Shown: positions 19,465 to 29,307, counted from the first letter of the stretch. The stretch is DNA of 52,334 bases from Candidatus Thorarchaeota archaeon (GCA_016839445.1 JAEOUG010000058.1:1-52334), one strand, 5' to 3'. Notes: generated by a model not told the origin, from the letters alone. A program made the numbers and translations.

Positions 19465-19581
19465 CGCCAGTACCCTGCCCACAGATGATGTGGTTTCTTT
19501 ATACTTTATCATCTCTTCGCAGAGAGGCTGCGGCGAGAGAAGCTTTAACAACAGGGAGTTTCGCCACCGCATGAGGCCAAA

Positions 19582-20481
19582 ATGCTCAACGAGATCTTGT
19601 TTCCGAGGCGGTTCACGAAGACCACTGGGTTCTGGGCTCGTACTCTCCGGAGGATATCCAAGTATGGTTTCGTGAGGAGAGGACTGCTGGCTGTTGTCTC
19701 GTTGGCGGGAGGATTTAGGAATCGAGGCAGGTACGCGCAGGTTCAGCGTTACTGCATGTTTGTGGGCTACCCAAGAAGCGGCCATAGCCTCGTAGGGTCA
19801 TTTGTTGATGCCCATCCGAATGCAGTGATCTCACATGAACTCGATGCTCTCGATTTTGTGGAGAGAGGCTATGGAAGGAATAGGCTCTTCTACTTGATCA
19901 CTAGGAATTCCTACGAGTTCGGGAAAGTCGGAAGGTCATGGACAGGCTATTCCTACGATGTGAAGGGCCAATGGCAGGGAGGATACAACGAAGTCCTGAC
20001 TGTCCTTGGTGACAAGAAGGGCGGGATGAGTTCACGACGCCTCGAAAGCGATCCCGAGCTATTGGAGTCGCTGCATAGCATGACGGGCGTGCCAATCCAG
20101 ATCATCCATGTAGTAAGAAATCCCTTTGATAACATCAGCACGATATCTAACCGAAACAAGATTCCATTGGAGGAGGCCATCGAGTTCTACTTCTCTCTGT
20201 GTGACACCAACAAGGCTGTGAAGGCGAAGTCAGACGATGCACACTTCCTTGAGTTCAGGTTGGAGGAGCTCGTCGAGAAGCCTCGCGAGATTGTCCAGCG
20301 AATCTGTGGTTTCTTGGAACTTGAGGCAGACTCCGGCTACCTCTCAGCCTGCGAGGCACTCCTCTTCGAAAAGCCTCGGAGAACAAGAGACTCGGTACAG
20401 TGGGACCGAAGCCTGATAGAGCTGGTACTCGTTCGGGCAAAGGAATACGACTTCCTGGAAGGGTACGACTTCGAGAACTGA
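19582..20481 (+). CDS. Sulfotransferase
   Basis: FVGYPRSGHSLVGSFVDAHPNAVI, GDKKG, HVVRNPFDNIST. Confidence 0.88.
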   Translation: MLNEILFPRRFTKTTGFWARTLRRISKYGFVRRGLLAVVSLAGGFRNRGRYAQVQRYCMFVGYPRSGHSLVGSFVDAHPNAVISHELDALDFVERGYGRNRLFYLITRNSYEFGKVGRSWTGYSYDVKGQWQGGYNEVLTVLGDKKGGMSSRRLESDPELLESLHSMTGVPIQIIHVVRNPFDNISTISNRNKIPLEEAIEFYFSLCDTNKAVKAKSDDAHFLEFRLEELVEKPREIVQRICGFLELEADSGYLSACEALLFEKPRRTRDSVQWDRSLIELVLVRAKEYDFLEGYDFEN

Positions 20482-20535
20482 AGGAGCAACGAAACGTATT
20501 TATCGCCCCCACTGGCCTGACCGCGTCGAACCAAG

Positions 20536-21648
20536 ATGGCCGGGCCCGTTTCTAGTTCTTCCCTATTCGGACACGTCCGGAAGCTCTTCTCTCATATCAG
20601 AAAACGTCTGCCCATCTACTTCGTACTGATGGTGGTCATCTTCGGAGTTCTGTTCGTCTTCCGCGACGAGATCTACGACAATCTCATTGAGCGACACGAA
20701 GCCGAGAATGCCGTCTCTTTTACACCGGAAGGGATTCCAATCACCGACTATGGGTGGAAACAGGGTAGATATGTTGGGCCAGTGATTAGTCCCCTCCATG
20801 TCGGCAACTGGGCCCAGACTTACTACAATCAGAGTCTGTACGGTAACACCACTGCCGGCGTATACTTCAACAACACAATCCAGTGGTTCCTGGATAATCG
20901 AGTGACAAATGAGATTGATGATGGCGGTGGTCCTGTCAACGTCAGTCACTGGATCTACAACTATGCAATCTATGACATGCCGGCTGGCTGGCGGTCCGCA
21001 ATGGCGGATGCTGAGATTCTTCATGCCCTTGCTCTTGCGTACGACTTGTACGAGAACCCCCTCGTGCTTCAGGTCTGTGACGAGGTCCTCAATGGCTTTG
21101 AGATTTCTCAGGACCTGGGAGGGAATGTCCTCGATCTCAGTGACGGGGGTGCATGGTATCCTGAGGTCATAGTCCCTGCATCACTCGACCCGACCTATCC
21201 TCACAGAAGGATTCTCAATGGGTTCCTCTTTGCTGTGGAGGACCTCTACGCAACCTATGAGCTACTGAACGAGACACGCGTCCTGACACTGTTCAATCTT
21301 GGCGTCACATCGGCTCTGGAACACATGGATTTGTACGAGTCCCCAAGGAATTGGACCTACTACCAGCTTGACCCAGAGAAGCTAGCATCTGTTCACTATC
21401 ACGGAGTCCACATACGACTCACTCAGAGCCTCTACCAGATCACAAACGACAGCACGTTCTTGGAATACAGTCAGCGCTGGGCTGGATGGACTCAGTATCC
21501 AGAGGATCCTTGGTGGGTTCTTACGCCTCGTCTGATGCTGGAAATCCAATTCGGGTTGCTCTTCATGGGTATCGCGGCGTTAGCCATCTTGGGACTTGAC
21601 CTTCTCCAGATGCACATTAGAGACCGTCTTCGTAGGAACCGCGTCTGA
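20536..21648 (+). CDS. D-glucuronyl C5-epimerase family protein, anchored by N- and C-terminal TMs
   Basis: GWRSAMA, WYPE, ILNGFLFAV, WTYYQL, ASVHYHGVHIRL, RW: the C5-epim_C motif series. Confidence 0.8.
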   Translation: MAGPVSSSSLFGHVRKLFSHIRKRLPIYFVLMVVIFGVLFVFRDEIYDNLIERHEAENAVSFTPEGIPITDYGWKQGRYVGPVISPLHVGNWAQTYYNQSLYGNTTAGVYFNNTIQWFLDNRVTNEIDDGGGPVNVSHWIYNYAIYDMPAGWRSAMADAEILHALALAYDLYENPLVLQVCDEVLNGFEISQDLGGNVLDLSDGGAWYPEVIVPASLDPTYPHRRILNGFLFAVEDLYATYELLNETRVLTLFNLGVTSALEHMDLYESPRNWTYYQLDPEKLASVHYHGVHIRLTQSLYQITNDSTFLEYSQRWAGWTQYPEDPWWVLTPRLMLEIQFGLLFMGIAALAILGLDLLQMHIRDRLRRNRV

Positions 21649-21659
21649 GCTGTCTGGAC

Positions 21660-22658
21660 TCACTCTGCGGGTTTGGAGAACCTGTAGATGCCCCGTATCT
21701 TGCCTTCGTTCCTCTCCCACACATAGTTCTCTCTAGCATGAGCCATTATTTCAGCTGAGTCTTGCTCAGGAAGATCTGAAAGGACTTGAGGAAGGTCCTC
21801 GTACGAGTCAAACTCGTGTACATATGGGTCCGCCTTGAACGGCTCTTTGAGCGTAGATGTCAGTAAGACTTGGAGCCCTGCATTCAGGTACTCGTAGTTC
21901 TTGTTGGGGTCGCAGTACCTGTGGAAGGGATGAGGTCTCCACGGAGTGAGCCCGATTCTGTATTCTGTCAGGCCAATCATCATCTCCGGGTGAGGTACAC
22001 CTGATATGATGTTGAAGTCTACTGCATCTTTCAGACCTGTCATATCGCGGTGTGGAGTGAACTTGTCGAACTTGAAGTCACTACCAACGTAGACTAGGCC
22101 CTTCCTCCCCTCCGGGTCTGGCAGGTCGATGACCTCTGATGTTAGCGGGAAGTTGCCTGTGACCTCCACATGTTTCGATCTCTGCCTGTGCTCCGCCGCT
22201 ATGTTCTCGCTCACTGTCAGAACTGGGTATCTCTCCAGCAGGTGTTGCTCCCAACTCGGTGTCACTCTGACGAGTGGCTTGCCAGATATCCTCCTCACCA
22301 GACTTCTGTTTGAGAAGCGGAAGTCCTGCTTGCTCCAGTATTCGTGGTCGTCATAGACCACAGGGTATTCGGTCTCAAGCATCATGGCTGCGGCAATGAC
22401 ATTGTTGGCATGGACGATGTCCGGGTTGATTTCGTCTATGGCTTTGAGCCATCGCTTCTTGAAGCGCGGATCCAGTACCACGCGAAAGTGGTTTACAACG
22501 GGAATGTGATAGGTGGCAGAGAAGGCTCCGTAGTCTTGTCGGCTTGTAGGATGGCCACCCAGGAATAGCAGTTCGTGTCCTTCATTCTTCATGACGAGAG
22601 CTGTCTTCTCGATTCTTGCATCTGGGAGCCCTCCGTGAGAAGTGTGAAGAATCCTCAT
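21660..22658 (-). CDS. Glycosyltransferase (GT4-like)
   Basis: DARIEK, PDIVHAN, VVYDDHE, PNKNYEYLNAGL. Confidence 0.82.
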   Translation of the reverse strand: MRILHTSHGGLPDARIEKTALVMKNEGHELLFLGGHPTSRQDYGAFSATYHIPVVNHFRVVLDPRFKKRWLKAIDEINPDIVHANNVIAAAMMLETEYPVVYDDHEYWSKQDFRFSNRSLVRRISGKPLVRVTPSWEQHLLERYPVLTVSENIAAEHRQRSKHVEVTGNFPLTSEVIDLPDPEGRKGLVYVGSDFKFDKFTPHRDMTGLKDAVDFNIISGVPHPEMMIGLTEYRIGLTPWRPHPFHRYCDPNKNYEYLNAGLQVLLTSTLKEPFKADPYVHEFDSYEDLPQVLSDLPEQDSAEIMAHARENYVWERNEGKIRGIYRFSKPAE

Positions 22659-22672
22659 GTCCTGTCCTCTCG

Positions 22673-23779
22673 CTATTCGACCATCATCGACCTCTTGGTC
22701 TGTATCTCTCCTGAGGAGAGTATCTCTGCTATTCTCTCTGCTGCTCTGCCATCACCGTAGACCGAGGCATCATTGTTGGTCTTCAGTCCCCACATCTTCA
22801 GGGCCTTAGTCGATACATCCTCTGCCGTGGGGAGTGCGAGAATGTTTGCTCCTGCCTCTATGGTCTCGACCCACTCGGTGTTGTCCCTGATTGTGACGCA
22901 AGGCGTGTTCAGGAGATATGCCTCCTTTTGGAGACCTCCCGAGTCCGTTATGAGAAGGTCCGATTTGCTCACAAGAGCCATCATTGTTGTGTAGGGCACA
23001 GGGTCAACGACCTCGAGATTCTTGGGAATCTGGATTCCTGTTTCCTCCAGTCTCTTCTTGGTTCGGGGGTGCATCGGGAAGACTATCTTGCGAGAAACCG
23101 TAGCTAGCCCCTTCATGATTCCTGTCAGACGATCAGGAATGTCTACGTTCTCCCTTCGGTGAAGGGTGAGTACTGCAAAGGAACCCTCGGATATCCCTAC
23201 TTTCTTCATCTCTTCTTCTTGGTATGATGAGTTGCTGAATATCGGCAGGCGGTTCTGGAGGATGTCATACATCGTGTCGCCAGTGAGGAATACTGAGCCG
23301 ATGACATTCTCCTTCTCCAGATTCTCCACTGCGATTTTCGTAGGGGCGAAGAGACCTGTTGCACCGTGGTCGACAAGCCTTCTGTTGATCTCTTCCTGCA
23401 TGTACATATCATAGCTACGAAGCCCCGATTCGAGATGACATGTCGGAATGTCCATCTTGAAGCCAGCCAGGGCGGCGCCGAGGGCGGAGTTGGTGTCACC
23501 CGGGACTACGAGGTAGTCAGGCCTCTCTCTCTCGAGTTCTCTCTCCAATCTTGATATGACCTCGTATGTCTGATACGCACTTGTTCCACTGCCCACCTCA
23601 AGGTTGCAGTCAGGCTTAGGAATCTCGAGCTCCTCGATGAACTGTGCAGCCAACTGGAAGTCGTAGTGTTGCCCAGTATGGATGAACCGCGTTGTCACGC
23701 CTCCCTCTTGAAGAGCCAGCAGCAGTGGCGCCGACTTGATTATTTGCGGCCGTGTGCCAGTTACGAGCGTGACAATCAT
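22673..23779 (-). CDS. wecB: UDP-N-acetylglucosamine 2-epimerase (non-hydrolysing), copy 1
   Basis: GTRPQIIK, HTGQHYD, PGDTNS, HLESGLRS, EEINR, TLHRREN, TDSGGLQKEA, YGDG. Confidence 0.93.
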   Translation of the reverse strand: MIVTLVTGTRPQIIKSAPLLLALQEGGVTTRFIHTGQHYDFQLAAQFIEELEIPKPDCNLEVGSGTSAYQTYEVISRLERELERERPDYLVVPGDTNSALGAALAGFKMDIPTCHLESGLRSYDMYMQEEINRRLVDHGATGLFAPTKIAVENLEKENVIGSVFLTGDTMYDILQNRLPIFSNSSYQEEEMKKVGISEGSFAVLTLHRRENVDIPDRLTGIMKGLATVSRKIVFPMHPRTKKRLEETGIQIPKNLEVVDPVPYTTMMALVSKSDLLITDSGGLQKEAYLLNTPCVTIRDNTEWVETIEAGANILALPTAEDVSTKALKMWGLKTNNDASVYGDGRAAERIAEILSSGEIQTKRSMMVE

Positions 23780-23935
23780 TTTCCGCAGCCCACCAGAAGA
23801 CGAAGAGATACAGGGTTTGTGATGAGTCCCCTTGGCTTAACTATTGAACGTTATGGTAGAAGGGGAATGCATAAGAACAGGACCAGCGGAAGTGGCACTC
23901 ACCATCACACGGAAACAGGTCCGCGGAGGAACCAC

Positions 23936-24991
23936 TTGTTGGTCAAGAAACGAGTTCTCCTCATAGGCACAGAACCCGAACGGATGATTCGACTGCAGAG
24001 AGTCCTCCAGAGCATGCGGAAGCTCGGCATCGATGTCCGTGTGCTTGAACCTGTTACGAAACCCCGCGGGAGACCCCGGATACTCAAGGGAATGATTCGC
24101 TATCTGACTATTACCTTCCAGATTCTCCTTGCTAGAGCAGACATCTACCACTTCTTCAACGTCCCTGACAACGTTGGCCTTCCGCTCACACTAAAGCGAG
24201 GCACACTGGTCTACGACGTTCGTGCTCCATGGGCTGCCGTCCTCCGTGAGACCTTCGGTAAGTCACCGCTCATCTTCTTGGCGAAGTTCATTGAGAGGTT
24301 CATGACCAGGAAGGCCGACCATGTTGTCTGTGTCAATCGGATGTTGGCTGAGAGGGCAGTGACATGGGGCGCCAGGTCTGTCAGGGTCATCCCGAACTAC
24401 CCGTCCGAGGACTTCGGCCCCACTCGTGACCGAGCCGAGACCAGGAAAGAGCTTGGCATTGATGACTCCTCAGTAGTGCTGTATCTCGGGAAGCTCTCAA
24501 AGGTTGAGGGTGTCGACCTGCTGATGGAGGTGATTCGATCGGCTACCCGACTGACGCCCAAGGTGAAGTTCCTCGTTGTTGGTGCAGGACCGCAGGAGAG
24601 TCAATTCAAGCGGTTCGTAGAGAGAGAAGGTCTAGAAGGCAGAGTAGTCATGACAGGATGGATTCCCCACGAAGAGGTTGCGAATCTCATTCAAGCGGCA
24701 GACCTGTGCTTGCTCCCTCGCCCCTGGGACAGCTGCTCTCCCTTCATTGGGCCTGAGTCCATCTGGAAGGCAGGTGAGTATCTCTCGCTAGGGAAACCCG
24801 TGCTGGCTCCTAGGATGGGGGGTTTTGCGACTGCGCCTTTTCCCGTGATAGCAGTTGACCCGTCCGAGATGGCACAAGCAGTTGCTGAGTTCTTCAGGAG
24901 GCCCGCCACTGGGTCAGTCCAACCACATCCACGATGGCCAGAGAGCCACAGGAGACTTGAACGTCTCTACAGGAGTCTTGGTGCTCTTTAG
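23936..24991 (+). CDS. Glycosyltransferase family 4
   Basis: LVYDVR, VIPNYP, YLGKLSKVEGVDLL, GWIPHEEV, KAGEYLSLGKPV. TTG start follows GGAGG. Confidence 0.88.
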   Translation: MLVKKRVLLIGTEPERMIRLQRVLQSMRKLGIDVRVLEPVTKPRGRPRILKGMIRYLTITFQILLARADIYHFFNVPDNVGLPLTLKRGTLVYDVRAPWAAVLRETFGKSPLIFLAKFIERFMTRKADHVVCVNRMLAERAVTWGARSVRVIPNYPSEDFGPTRDRAETRKELGIDDSSVVLYLGKLSKVEGVDLLMEVIRSATRLTPKVKFLVVGAGPQESQFKRFVEREGLEGRVVMTGWIPHEEVANLIQAADLCLLPRPWDSCSPFIGPESIWKAGEYLSLGKPVLAPRMGGFATAPFPVIAVDPSEMAQAVAEFFRRPATGSVQPHPRWPESHRRLERLYRSLGAL

Positions 24992-25068
24992 GAGGTCCTC
25001 CCATCAATCGAAACGTTATAATGTCAAGTGGACCGTGAAGGCGACTTGAGCGCCAAGGAGGCTCCATC

Positions 25069-26193
25069 TTGTTCGTTACACTCGTGACTGGAACACGACC
25101 ACAGATTGTCAAGTCAGCTCCCGTTCTGCGTGCCTTGGAGGCGGCTGGCATAGAGTGTGAGTTCATTCACACAGGCCAGCACTATGACTACGAGCTGGCA
25201 GGAGCATTTGTGGACGAGTTTGAGCTTCAGAAGCCTCATGATCTGGAGGTAGGCCCCGGTGATTACTGCTTCCAGGTGTATGGCATAATGGAGCGCCTCT
25301 CAGGTCACCTTGAGAAGCGGAGGCCCGACTACCTCATCATTCCCGGTGACACAACATCTGCCTTGGGCGCCGCCATGGTGGGCTTCAAAATGGAGATTCC
25401 GGTCTGCCACCTAGAAGCCGGCCTCAGGAGATACGACTATACCTATCAAGAAGAAATGAATCGGCGTCTGATAGATCATGGGTCCTCGGGTCTCTTCGCG
25501 CCCACGGTAACTGCTGTTGAGAACCTGAAACTTGAAGACGTGCTGGGAAAGGTGTATCTCATAGGAGACACGATGTACGACATTCTGAAGCACAGGCTGC
25601 CAAGGTACTCTGATAGGGCCTTCCTAGATCATGTGCTTGAGAAGATAGGAGTTGATGTCGACGAATATGCCCTTCTTACTCTCCACCGAAGAGAGAACGT
25701 AGACTCGGAGTCTCTTCTCTCGACCATTGTATCAGCAATAAACAGGCTCGACTTCCAGATTGTATTCCCAATACATCCACGCACTCGGAAACAGCTCGAG
25801 CAGTTCTCTCTGGAATTCGATTCGTCGCATGTCCACTTGGTCGACCCCCAACCGTACGACGAGTTCATGAGCCTGGTGGCCTCATCGAGGCTTGTCATCA
25901 GTGACTCAGGAGGCGTCCAGAAGGAGTGCTATCTTCTTAATGTCCCGCTCGTGTCCCTCCATCAACGAACCGAGTGGGTAGAAACCTTCGATGCGGGGGC
26001 GAACCTCCTGACTCCAATTGCAGAAGACAGAATCGTCGAGAGCTGCAACTCAATGTACGGCAAGAGACTAACCAACGACCCGTCCGTCTATGGCGATGGC
26101 AAGGCCGCTGAGAAGATCCCCGAGATTCTGAGATCTGGTGAAATCAGGATTCCAACAGATAGAACACGCAAGCCCTTCGCTGACTACTTCTGA
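25069..26193 (+). CDS. wecB: UDP-N-acetylglucosamine 2-epimerase (non-hydrolysing), copy 2
   Basis: GTRPQIVK, HTGQHYD, PGDTTS, HLEAGLR, SDSGGVQKE, YGDG. Confidence 0.93.
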   Translation: MFVTLVTGTRPQIVKSAPVLRALEAAGIECEFIHTGQHYDYELAGAFVDEFELQKPHDLEVGPGDYCFQVYGIMERLSGHLEKRRPDYLIIPGDTTSALGAAMVGFKMEIPVCHLEAGLRRYDYTYQEEMNRRLIDHGSSGLFAPTVTAVENLKLEDVLGKVYLIGDTMYDILKHRLPRYSDRAFLDHVLEKIGVDVDEYALLTLHRRENVDSESLLSTIVSAINRLDFQIVFPIHPRTRKQLEQFSLEFDSSHVHLVDPQPYDEFMSLVASSRLVISDSGGVQKECYLLNVPLVSLHQRTEWVETFDAGANLLTPIAEDRIVESCNSMYGKRLTNDPSVYGDGKAAEKIPEILRSGEIRIPTDRTRKPFADYF

Positions 26194-26197
26194 GAAC

Positions 26198-26983
26198 TCA
26201 GTCCCAGGGCCTGTATTGCTCGCCATCGTTGTAGAACCGAAACCGGACTCCGTGTCTTCGGAGCAGGTCCTTCACCCGGTCCGTTTCCTCAGACGCAGGC
26301 CCCTCAATCTTCCTTCTCGGAAGGTCGAAGCTGGTCTTGCCCAAGGTGACCTGTGTGGCCTCCTCGTCCCTGCCTACACTGATACCGTAGAACTCTGCCT
26401 CTTTGATGATCTTGTCAACGACTGCCCGCTTCTCCTCGGCACTAACCTTGCGAGGATACGCGTTCTCCTTGAGTATCTTGACTGGTATACCCCCTGCCAG
26501 GCAGCCTGAGGGTAGGTCTCTGTTCACAAGAGACATGGCAGCAACGACCACGTTATCGCCGATTGTGACATTCGGATTGACTATTGCATATGGCAGCCAC
26601 ACATTGGAGCCAATCCTGACAGGTCCCTCTTGATATGGGAATCCATCGTATTCCGAGGGGTATGCGCCGTGCGTGAACACCTTTCCTTCCATGCCTATGC
26701 CCACTTCGTGTCCAATCTCCACATCGTGCGCAGTATTGACCATCGATCCCTTACCAAGATGCAGGAAGTCACCGGTTCTCAGGGAACCCATCTCACTCCG
26801 CCCACCACCAATGAGGACTCCTGTGGTAATCCATGCCTCTCGGCCAATCTCGATGTCACGGCCCCCTATGACGACGTTCTCACCGATCTTTGAGAAATCA
26901 CCAATCTTGATGTTCTTCGCGAGGAGTCGTGCTGACGGATGAATCACGACATCCCTGCCGAGTTCGATGTCATTCTCAGGCAA
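26198..26983 (-). CDS. Hexapeptide-repeat (LbH) sugar O-acyltransferase
   Basis: IGxxxx repeats, FTHG, PVRIGSNVWL, VTIGDNVVVAAMSLVNRDLP...GIPVK. TTG start follows GAGGTG. Confidence 0.85.
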   Translation of the reverse strand: MPENDIELGRDVVIHPSARLLAKNIKIGDFSKIGENVVIGGRDIEIGREAWITTGVLIGGGRSEMGSLRTGDFLHLGKGSMVNTAHDVEIGHEVGIGMEGKVFTHGAYPSEYDGFPYQEGPVRIGSNVWLPYAIVNPNVTIGDNVVVAAMSLVNRDLPSGCLAGGIPVKILKENAYPRKVSAEEKRAVVDKIIKEAEFYGISVGRDEEATQVTLGKTSFDLPRRKIEGPASEETDRVKDLLRRHGVRFRFYNDGEQYRPWD

Positions 26984-26996
26984 GTTTTGACACACC

Positions 26997-27662
26997 TCAC
27001 TTGGGTGGCTTGTTGAATGAGCAGACAACCCCCCTGTGCTGGGCGAAGGCTTCTGCATAAGCGGCTCCGCAGTGGTGACCTTGGTATCCCATCACCGACT
27101 TCACTGCGTTGATCGTGAAGTATCCACGGCGTTCGACTTGGGACTTGTACAGACCGAGCATCTCGATCTTCTAGTTAACCTGCTCTTCCGTCAGAGGAAC
27201 GTACACCTCGGGAGTGAACCCAGGGCTATTCCCTGCAATCTCGTACGATAGCACTGACACGTCTGTCTTCATGAATGCCCTGAAGGTCTCCTCTGCGACA
27301 ACTCTGTGGTCCTGATGGAGATCGCCCACCCATGTTGTCAGGACAAGGTCGTAGTCTTCGTCACGTCGAAGACCATAGATGGTCTCCAGAATCTCCTGTC
27401 TTCTAGCGGGGAAGTCGCGAACTGGAAGCTCGTAGATTGTCAGGTCCTTGATGCCCATGTGTTTCGCCGCGGCCTCGCATTCCTTTCGGAGAATGTCGAT
27501 TGGGTGTTTGCTTGTGTCTACGCTCTTCCTACAGTCGCTGAAGACAACTGACCTCACATTGGCGCCGCTCTCGACTAGCAGTCGGACTGTCGCTCCTGCT
27601 CCCACTTCCATGTCATCTGTGTGGGCAGAGAGCACAAGCACGTTGTCAACATTCCATATCAT
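26997..27662 (-). pseudogene. PIG-L/LmbE family N-deacetylase with an in-frame TAG at 27171-27173 (nonsense mutation, error or readthrough)
   Basis: AHTDDMEVGAG and DLHQDH. The frame continues after the TAG as KIEMLGLYKSQVERRGYF...YAEAF...KPPK to TGA at 26997-26999. Confidence 0.8.
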
Positions 27663-27729
27663 CTGAAAGGACTCCTCTACACTGAAGACTGCTCTAGTCG
27701 AAGCCTGTCATCAAAATAGCGCTTCCGGT

Positions 27730-29307
27730 CTATATCAGCCCCGCCTTCTGGGCGAACTTCCGATATCCCTTCATCAAGAGCTTGACTATGTTCCTTCTGA
27801 GAACGAACTTGATCCATTGCTCTTCTGTAGGTTCCTTGAAGAAGAGGCCGAACTGAGCGGCATAGTCATCCTCTGAGTCGAATGTGGTCAGCTTCTGGAC
27901 TGCGCCTGGAGAGAAGATGAGTTCGACGTCTGGGTTCTCAGCTCTGACTGGCCTCACCTCAATCTCATCTTTGCCGACAACTTCTACGTGGAACCTCTGC
28001 CCCTCCACTTCATAATCAATAACAGCCTCTTTCTTGAGGCCCTCGAAGATCAGCGGGTGCGCCGAGAGGTACTGCATGAACTGCTTCTTCAATTCGCTCT
28101 CTGCTGCTTCTCTCTTCTTCTTTCCCTTCTGAGCATAGGGGAGTAGGAACGTTGGTAGGTCCAGAACTGGCAACTTGCTGCCGATGTGCTTGGCACCGTC
28201 TTCGAGACCTCTGTGACAGAAGGGACACGCAGTGACAAGTATCTCTGCTCCTGTTTCTTCGGCTTCGACGATGCGATTTCCTGCTACTTCATTCGCAAGG
28301 TCACCGAAGCTTCCTTTCACTCCTCCTCCAGACCCACAGCAGTGCGCGTACCTCTTGTTCGTTTCCATTTCAACAAGAGTGACATTGTCAACTGCTTCAA
28401 TGACTCTCCTGGGCGCTTCGTAGACCTCTGCGTGTCGCCCCAGGTGACAAGGGTCGTGGTACGTCACGGTGAGCTTCTTCGGTGCGGCAAAGGTCGCCTT
28501 GCCGTCCTGTACTAGTCTGTCAAGGTACTCGGTGATGTGGAGCACCTCGAAGTCGTACTTGAGATTGCGCTGTGGTACGTCAATCTTCCAGGTCCTGAAA
28601 CATCCCGCGCACGCAGTGACCAGAGTTCGAACGCCTGCCTTATTCAGAGCATCGATATTCTTTGTGGTTATCTCATCAAAGATCTTCTCGCGTCCGAGTC
28701 GAAGCAGAACGCTTCCACAGCACTCTTCGTCGGGAATGATTGTGAAGTCCACGCCCATCTTGTCCAGAAGTTCCACCGTGGTTCGAGCTATCTCCTTCTC
28801 CCTGTACGAAGATGTGCAGCCTACGAAGTATGCCACTGGGGCCTGTTCTGGCCACTCATGCTCTCCAAACAGAGCGAGTCTCTTGTCACGTGGCTCCTTG
28901 TAGGGGTTTCCGTCTGCCTTGATTGAATCCTCGATGACCGAGTGCTTCTCAAGGTCATATCCCGCCTCAACGAGGTCTCTCCGAAGGGCTTCCATCATTT
29001 CTGGAAGGCGGATTCCCTCTGCGGTTGCAGTACACGTTTCCTGGCAGTTCTTGCACGTTGTACAAGTGAACGCCCAGTCAGCAATTGCCTTGTCAATGGG
29101 GAGCTTTCCCTCAAGCAGGTCATTCATGATCATGACTCTGCCTCTGGAGGCGTACGCCTCGAAGCCGAGTACGTTCTTTATCGCGCACGGGAGGAATACA
29201 TCACGATCCGAGGCAACAGTCTTGTCTGCGAGCGAGCAGTCTCCACATCGAGCGCATAGCCACAGGTCTTCAAGATACTTGGATAGATGTTTGAACTCGG
29301 CGACCAT
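27730..29307 (-). CDS. Fe-S oxidoreductase (GlcF/HdrD-like; two 4Fe-4S motifs + two CCG domains) with a C-terminal SCP2-like domain
   Basis: CARCGDC..PC, CTTCKNCQETC, FVGC, ECCG, TACAGC, YHDPCHLGR, HCCGSGGG, TACPFC; C-terminal ENPDVELIFS. Confidence 0.85.
   Translation of the reverse strand: MVAEFKHLSKYLEDLWLCARCGDCSLADKTVASDRDVFLPCAIKNVLGFEAYASRGRVMIMNDLLEGKLPIDKAIADWAFTCTTCKNCQETCTATAEGIRLPEMMEALRRDLVEAGYDLEKHSVIEDSIKADGNPYKEPRDKRLALFGEHEWPEQAPVAYFVGCTSSYREKEIARTTVELLDKMGVDFTIIPDEECCGSVLLRLGREKIFDEITTKNIDALNKAGVRTLVTACAGCFRTWKIDVPQRNLKYDFEVLHITEYLDRLVQDGKATFAAPKKLTVTYHDPCHLGRHAEVYEAPRRVIEAVDNVTLVEMETNKRYAHCCGSGGGVKGSFGDLANEVAGNRIVEAEETGAEILVTACPFCHRGLEDGAKHIGSKLPVLDLPTFLLPYAQKGKKKREAAESELKKQFMQYLSAHPLIFEGLKKEAVIDYEVEGQRFHVEVVGKDEIEVRPVRAENPDVELIFSPGAVQKLTTFDSEDDYAAQFGLFFKEPTEEQWIKFVLRRNIVKLLMKGYRKFAQKAGLI

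Noticed and set aside
18526-19785. Long N-terminal extensions in the ORF track (GT4 from 19785, GT4 from 23666, T2SSF from 5255, acyltransferase from 27058)
   Set aside because: They overlap neighbouring genes and look non-protein-like. Downstream starts with RBS/TATA support fit better.
27730-29307. Selenocysteine (in-frame TGA) in the Fe-S/CCG protein or other redox genes
   Set aside because: All Cys motifs are complete in uninterrupted frames, and I saw no TGA-split gene or convincing SECIS.
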